DNA of 63,977 nucleotides, filler included, from an uncultured bacterium (GTDB lineage: Bacteria > CAZSTA01), in the NCBI GenBank assembly GCA_964609495.1. It is 6 parts of 6 records of this genome, joined end to end, with 100 filler letters (N's around TTAATTAATTAA, not from the genome) between each part and the next. Parts side by side here need not be neighbours in the genome. Positions count along the whole stretch, not along the records: positions 53,923 to 63,977 come from CAZSTA010000133.1; 5 more parts are not named here. The stretch is one strand, 5' to 3'. Positions within the stretch are counted from its first letter, which is position 1. Each line of letters opens with the position of its first letter. Under the pieces are notes generated by a model. That model saw nothing but the letters and a program-made list of their open reading frames with translations. It was not told where the DNA came from and ran no database searches. Positions 59,426 through 63,977 of this stretch are shown piece after piece. A program made the position numbers and the translations under genes.

Positions 59426-60292
59426 CTATAAATCTTGCTTCAATTTTTGCGCGACAAGCACGAGCCAAACCGGGAGTCCAGCTCGCGGATTATTTTTCCA
59501 ATCTAACAGGTCATTGTCAGGTTTCGTCGCGTAGGAAGGTCCTTGCCAAAATCGGGAATATTCACTGGGTTCTTCATATATCCGGAGCAAGGTAAGTCTT
59601 GATGAGATCACTGAGTTTATTATGTCACTCATAGTCCAGTGAAAAGTATAGCCCGTTAGTTTCTCTTCTTGAGCTGGATGATTGCGTTTGTGTTTTGTTG
59701 CATCGGTATCCTTTACCAGGTAGTCAGATTTGTAAGGACCAGTGTCAAAATACGGTTTTTGCATTTCAATTTTCTTCACCCTATCTTTCCAGGGTCTTTG
59801 GAATGGGTGAACATCACAGGATATGAAATGCCCGTTAGGTCTAAGTATACGGCATACTTCATAATAATACCCTATTAGATCGGAGATCCATATTGTTACG
59901 CCATTGGTGGCACATGCGAAGTCGAAGCAGTTGCTTTGCACATTCGGCATATCTGAAATATCCGCTCGAACGAATTCGATCTCCAATCCAATATTCTCTG
60001 CTCGTTCAGCAGCGATTTCCAATTGCTTTTCAGATATATCGATAGAAGTGACATCGGCACCGAGACCAGCCAAAGCGAATGACGCATAGTTGTCGCCACT
60101 GCCCAGAACACATACTGATTTTCCAGACAGGGGTTCTACATATTCTTGTATAAGCTCTAGCACTTTCGGTTCAAATGCTAATTGCGGGTTGATATGACAT
60201 CTCTTCCAGAATGCATCCTCATCTCGAAGGACTTTCCAGTCATACGATGTAGCATCCCAATACTTTTGATTAGCATAGTGAAAGGTATTCAA
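59426..60292 (-). CDS. Class I SAM-dependent methyltransferase
   Basis: VCVLGSGD, GADVTSIDIS, RILRPNG, DVHPF. Confidence 0.85.
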   Translation of the reverse strand: MNTFHYANQKYWDATSYDWKVLRDEDAFWKRCHINPQLAFEPKVLELIQEYVEPLSGKSVCVLGSGDNYASFALAGLGADVTSIDISEKQLEIAAERAENIGLEIEFVRADISDMPNVQSNCFDFACATNGVTIWISDLIGYYYEVCRILRPNGHFISCDVHPFQRPWKDRVKKIEMQKPYFDTGPYKSDYLVKDTDATKHKRNHPAQEEKLTGYTFHWTMSDIINSVISSRLTLLRIYEEPSEYSRFWQGPSYATKPDNDLLDWKNNPRAGLPVWLVLVAQKLKQDL

Positions 60293-60452
60293 TTTCCACT
60301 TACCCCCTATGTTGTCGAAAGTGCTGTTGACGGGTAGCTTCGCGAGTTATTCATCACTAGATTACTGCAAAATGGCATTTCGCATAACTCGTTTGAAAGT
60401 GGACAGTCTTGCCTATCGTAGAGAGCGTATGACGCAGGCAGGCGATTTTTCG

Positions 60453-61232
60453 CTACACAAATTTCTTCATTGGTTTATTGGGATCAACATCCTCGTCATA
60501 GAGGTCAAAACCCAACTCTTCAAAAATACTCTCAAATTCAGTAAACACATTCATAACTACTTTCTTCAAGTGAGGAAAGTTTTGATATTTACCATCAATA
60601 ATAATTTGGGTAAGTTCGTCAAAGGCTTTTGGTTTGGTCATAAACTCCTTGGATTGTGAGATAAATTGAGAGAGAGTTACGTATGGAGTTTGATTTAAGA
60701 GAGATAGAACTCTTAACATATGCAGATATATATCAAATACTAAAAGGGGAATGCCGACTTTATTTTTCTCTACGATCGCATTAAGAACTTTAGCTGTTGA
60801 CTCTTGGACTTCATGCCAGTGATTGGCGGCATACTTTAAGCACTTTTCTTCTAAGTTCTGGACTTTATACTTACCTAAGCTTTCGATAAATCTTTTGTTG
60901 ATAATTGGAAGCAATTTGTCTGAGCCTGCTATATACCAATTTTCAGTTACTTCAAGAGTTTCCTCTATATAAGTTTCTTTCGTCATCCAAAGAAGTTCGA
61001 CTAGCATACCATCGCGAATTTTACCCATACCGCCAATCTTTTTATTCCCTGGCATTTCCCGAACAAAGGCAATCAGTTCTAAATCGGAATAATCGAGATC
61101 CTCACCTCTGGTATAAGACCCCTGAGCAGCAAGAGCGATAAGATTCCCGCCAAACTTCTTCTTTATCAAAGGAATCATTTCTTTGATAACTTTTTCTCTA
61201 TCTTCGTGAGAATATTCTTTGAGACCTTGCAT
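60453..61232 (-). CDS. Kanamycin nucleotidyltransferase-like (ANT(4')-I-related) protein
   Basis: GSYTRGEDLDYSDLEL pol-beta motif; KNTase-like C-terminal helical domain; 259 aa. Confidence 0.75.
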   Translation of the reverse strand: MQGLKEYSHEDREKVIKEMIPLIKKKFGGNLIALAAQGSYTRGEDLDYSDLELIAFVREMPGNKKIGGMGKIRDGMLVELLWMTKETYIEETLEVTENWYIAGSDKLLPIINKRFIESLGKYKVQNLEEKCLKYAANHWHEVQESTAKVLNAIVEKNKVGIPLLVFDIYLHMLRVLSLLNQTPYVTLSQFISQSKEFMTKPKAFDELTQIIIDGKYQNFPHLKKVVMNVFTEFESIFEELGFDLYDEDVDPNKPMKKFV

Positions 61233-61325
61233 AAAAGGTTTCCAATCTTCCTCTATCTAGCGGATTTGAACAAATAGGAGGAATTTAGCTTTAGCTTCTG
61301 AGACGGTATATTTGTTTACATAAAT

Positions 61326-61541
61326 TTATTGAATATCGATGATCTTAAAGTCTTTCTTCCCAACCTCCGCTATATTCTCCATAGGATTCGCAAATTTTCC
61401 CTCTCTACGATCCCACAATAGGCTTCCCATTCCGCCTGTTTCTCCCTCATCTCTCTCGATTCCTGCGAACCAGAAGAGAGCAAGGATGATCGCATCCGCA
61501 GGGATCTTGCTAGAACGAAACCTTGAGGCTATATAATCCAT
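61326..61541 (-). pseudogene. GH31 glycoside hydrolase internal fragment
   Basis: FR..KIPADAIILALFWFAG...GGMGSLLWD....FANP resembles the GH31 IP.D.I.LD..W...W...FP.P segment. Confidence 0.55.
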
Positions 61542-61546
61542 CTCTT

Positions 61547-63808
61547 CTAATCCGAACAGATTTCGATCTTCCTCTCTATATCCTCAACCTTCATATTATC
61601 ACCGAAGAAAAGCACATTCCTGGACTCCTCACTATCAATCCTTAATATCCCTTCTAAATAGGTCTGAGGCTCATCGGTATCAAGCTTCTCCTTCTCCAAT
61701 CTCAGAAGCTCAACGGAGGAGTTAGAGGGAATCTGGACTTCTTCCACTCGCTCCCAGATAATATCACCTCCCAAAGTTTTATAGGAGAGCTTGAGATGAC
61801 CTTTGAGATCTTGATATAGATCGTTTATTCCCCATACTGAGATAGAGCCATCATCCTCCTTCTTAAAAGATGGCAAAACATCACTGAAGGCTCGGCGAAC
61901 GAAGTCATAGGCTATCTTTTTTCGACAATAGTAGTCAGTTACCGCATCAGCAAATTGAGGCCAACCATCGTGGAGATTCCAATATAATATCCCCCCACAT
62001 TCAAACTTTCGCCTTCGATAATGCTCTATCCAAGATTTAAGGGCTAAGGCTTGTAAGAATTGGGTTTTTATTATGTATTCCTCTAAGCTATCCGCCTTCC
62101 CGAATCCAGTCTTCTCCAGCGCATCATCAACCTTCTCCCTCCTCTTGGGGAAATACTCATCGAATGTTCCGTAGTGATAATCCCAATATTCGCTGTCAGG
62201 GGGCCAAGGTTTATCCTCTGGTAAGAAGCTCTTCACCGTCTCGAGATTTGGAGAGGAGAGATGCCCTATCTCACTCACAAAGCGAGATTCATCTTTGCTA
62301 TAGACCTCATGCTCATAGTGATAACCATGATGCCAATTATGGGTATCTCCTTTATAAGGGGAGTTGAAATCCATATCATCATCGGGATTAGTCGGACTGC
62401 TCGTCCAATAGGGACAAGTGGAATCTAATTTGGCACAGACCTTCTTCAAGACCTCCCTCTGCATCGGATGGGTCATCTTATATATCCATTCGTTCTCATT
62501 ATCACCGCACCAGAGAGCTATACAAGGATGATTCCGCAGACTCTTGACGATTATCTCCGCCTCTCGTTTTCCTTCCGCTAGAAATTCCCCATCATCAGGG
62601 TAGTGGCCACAAGCATACATAAAATCTTGCCAGATTAGGATTCCGTATTCATCGCAAAGCTCATAGAAGGCGGGATCCTCATATATTCCCCCTCCCCATA
62701 TCCGGAACATATTGAGATTTTGCTCGACCGCTAATTCGATGATCTCCTTATATTTAGCTCTATCGGTCCGGCTGAAGATGAGATCAGTTGGGACCCAATT
62801 CGTTCCCCTAACAAAGAACCTCTTGCCATTAACCGCGAAGTTGAAGGAGGTCTTACCATCTCCTTGAGGTTCCTGAATAAGAGCGATCTCCCTGATTCCG
62901 AAACGCAAGCTATGGTTATCGATCGTCTCATCACCCTTATCGACTTTGATCTCTAGATCGTATAGGTTTTGCTCTCCTAACCTATTAGGCCACCAGAGAT
63001 GGGGATCATCGAACAACTCCTCCATAATCACCTTATTCCCACCTGGTTTTAACCCCACAGAGAGAGAATCCTCGATAGAGCTATCCTTATGCTGGGCCTG
63101 CAACTCGATCGTAGCCTCCTGAAGATCATTGGTATAATTACTTATATTAAGATAGAAGGTGAGAGCCGCCTTCCCATCCCTTCTCAATCTCGTCCTGACG
63201 AATACATCCTCGATCTCAAGATCGTTGAGAGCGACTAACCTTACTCCTCTCCAAATACCAATCGTTACTACTCGCACTCCTATATCCCAGCCATAGGATA
63301 TCTGGGATTTACGAGCATAAAGCCTCTCCGGGGTGAATCTTTTGCTCAGCTTTGACATATCCTTATCAGCGGTAGCCTTTATGGGAGATGCCAAACGCAC
63401 TGTTAGGATATTATTCTCCCCTCTCTTTATCGATTCGGTGACCTCGAAGGAGCAGGGGACGAACATATTATTATGGACGCCGACCAATTCGCCATTTAGC
63501 CAAATGGTAGCGAAAGCATCTAAACCATCGAATTCAAGGCGAATCTTTCTTCCCTCGAAGTCCTCTGGGACAAAGAACTCCTTCCTATACCACCAATCCA
63601 TATCCTCCATCCAAGTGCATTTTCGATAGTTCAGTCCATAGAAGGGATCCTCTATCTTTCCTGCCCTCATCATATCTAAATGCACTTCCCCAGGAACAGA
63701 GGCTTCATATACTTCTCCAGCTTCATCGAAGGGATTATTATCACCATTAGGACAATACATCAGTTGCCAAGTGCCATTTAACGAAATTCTCTCCTTAGCA
63801 GATCCCAT
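61547..63808 (-). CDS. GH2 beta-mannosidase-like glycoside hydrolase
   Basis: L.FDGLD, RK.Q.SYGWD, WWP..LGEQ.LY, RIWGGG.YE, WCGDNE, FVSE.G. Confidence 0.92.
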   Translation of the reverse strand: MGSAKERISLNGTWQLMYCPNGDNNPFDEAGEVYEASVPGEVHLDMMRAGKIEDPFYGLNYRKCTWMEDMDWWYRKEFFVPEDFEGRKIRLEFDGLDAFATIWLNGELVGVHNNMFVPCSFEVTESIKRGENNILTVRLASPIKATADKDMSKLSKRFTPERLYARKSQISYGWDIGVRVVTIGIWRGVRLVALNDLEIEDVFVRTRLRRDGKAALTFYLNISNYTNDLQEATIELQAQHKDSSIEDSLSVGLKPGGNKVIMEELFDDPHLWWPNRLGEQNLYDLEIKVDKGDETIDNHSLRFGIREIALIQEPQGDGKTSFNFAVNGKRFFVRGTNWVPTDLIFSRTDRAKYKEIIELAVEQNLNMFRIWGGGIYEDPAFYELCDEYGILIWQDFMYACGHYPDDGEFLAEGKREAEIIVKSLRNHPCIALWCGDNENEWIYKMTHPMQREVLKKVCAKLDSTCPYWTSSPTNPDDDMDFNSPYKGDTHNWHHGYHYEHEVYSKDESRFVSEIGHLSSPNLETVKSFLPEDKPWPPDSEYWDYHYGTFDEYFPKRREKVDDALEKTGFGKADSLEEYIIKTQFLQALALKSWIEHYRRRKFECGGILYWNLHDGWPQFADAVTDYYCRKKIAYDFVRRAFSDVLPSFKKEDDGSISVWGINDLYQDLKGHLKLSYKTLGGDIIWERVEEVQIPSNSSVELLRLEKEKLDTDEPQTYLEGILRIDSEESRNVLFFGDNMKVEDIERKIEICSD

Positions 63809-63872
63809 CCGATCATCACTCCTTTTATATTTCAAGTGGTTTCAAAAAAGTTTCAGGGAGAATCGTTTAGAC

Positions 63873-63977
63873 CACCCTCCCCCCTAACTCCTCCCATCTT
63901 GGTTTTTGCTGAATTAATAAGATTATCAAAGAATCTTGTTAATTATCACCCTCCCCCTAACCCCCTCCCATCGAGGG
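63873..63977. repeat. Two REP-like units at the contig end
   Basis: CACCCTCCCCCCTAACTCCTCCCATC and ATCACCCTCCCCCTAACCCCCTCCCATCGAGGG (reverse complement of the 29861 unit). Confidence 0.75.

Overview
The window is six unrelated bacterial contigs of about 10 kb each (1-10791, 10892-21658, 21759-32443, 32544-43164, 43265-53822, 53923-63977). They are joined by artificial 100-nt N-TTAATTAATTAA-N linkers, so gene order across the linkers is meaningless. Gene content is mostly housekeeping and catabolic, with a Terrabacteria-like flavour: rsmI, glnA with a GlnR-like regulator, feoB with a DtxR/MntR-FeoA regulator, SAM-I riboswitch-ahcY, pfkA, ktrAB, GH38/LarA/araD, type IV pilus pilB-pilT-pilT-pilC, CtpA, TPR arrays, a sigma-54 two-component system and GH2/GH4/GH42. 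The most interesting signals are non-coding. (1) A Moco-type riboswitch with a terminator sits in front of an ECF transporter, a candidate molybdenum/tungsten-cofactor-responsive importer. (2) A four-unit, 11-bp-phased GlnR box lies in the glnA promoter next to an atypical GlnR-like regulator. (3) Degenerate attC-like sites flank a radical SAM gene. (4) A sulfatase-fold enzyme has Thr in place of the Cys/Ser nucleophile. (5) REP/MITE-like repeats occur throughout, including an ~83-bp direct repeat bracketing a two-gene oxidoreductase module. No CRISPR array, tRNA, rRNA, transposase, integrase or reverse transcriptase was recognised. All calls come from reading the sequence; no searches were run.
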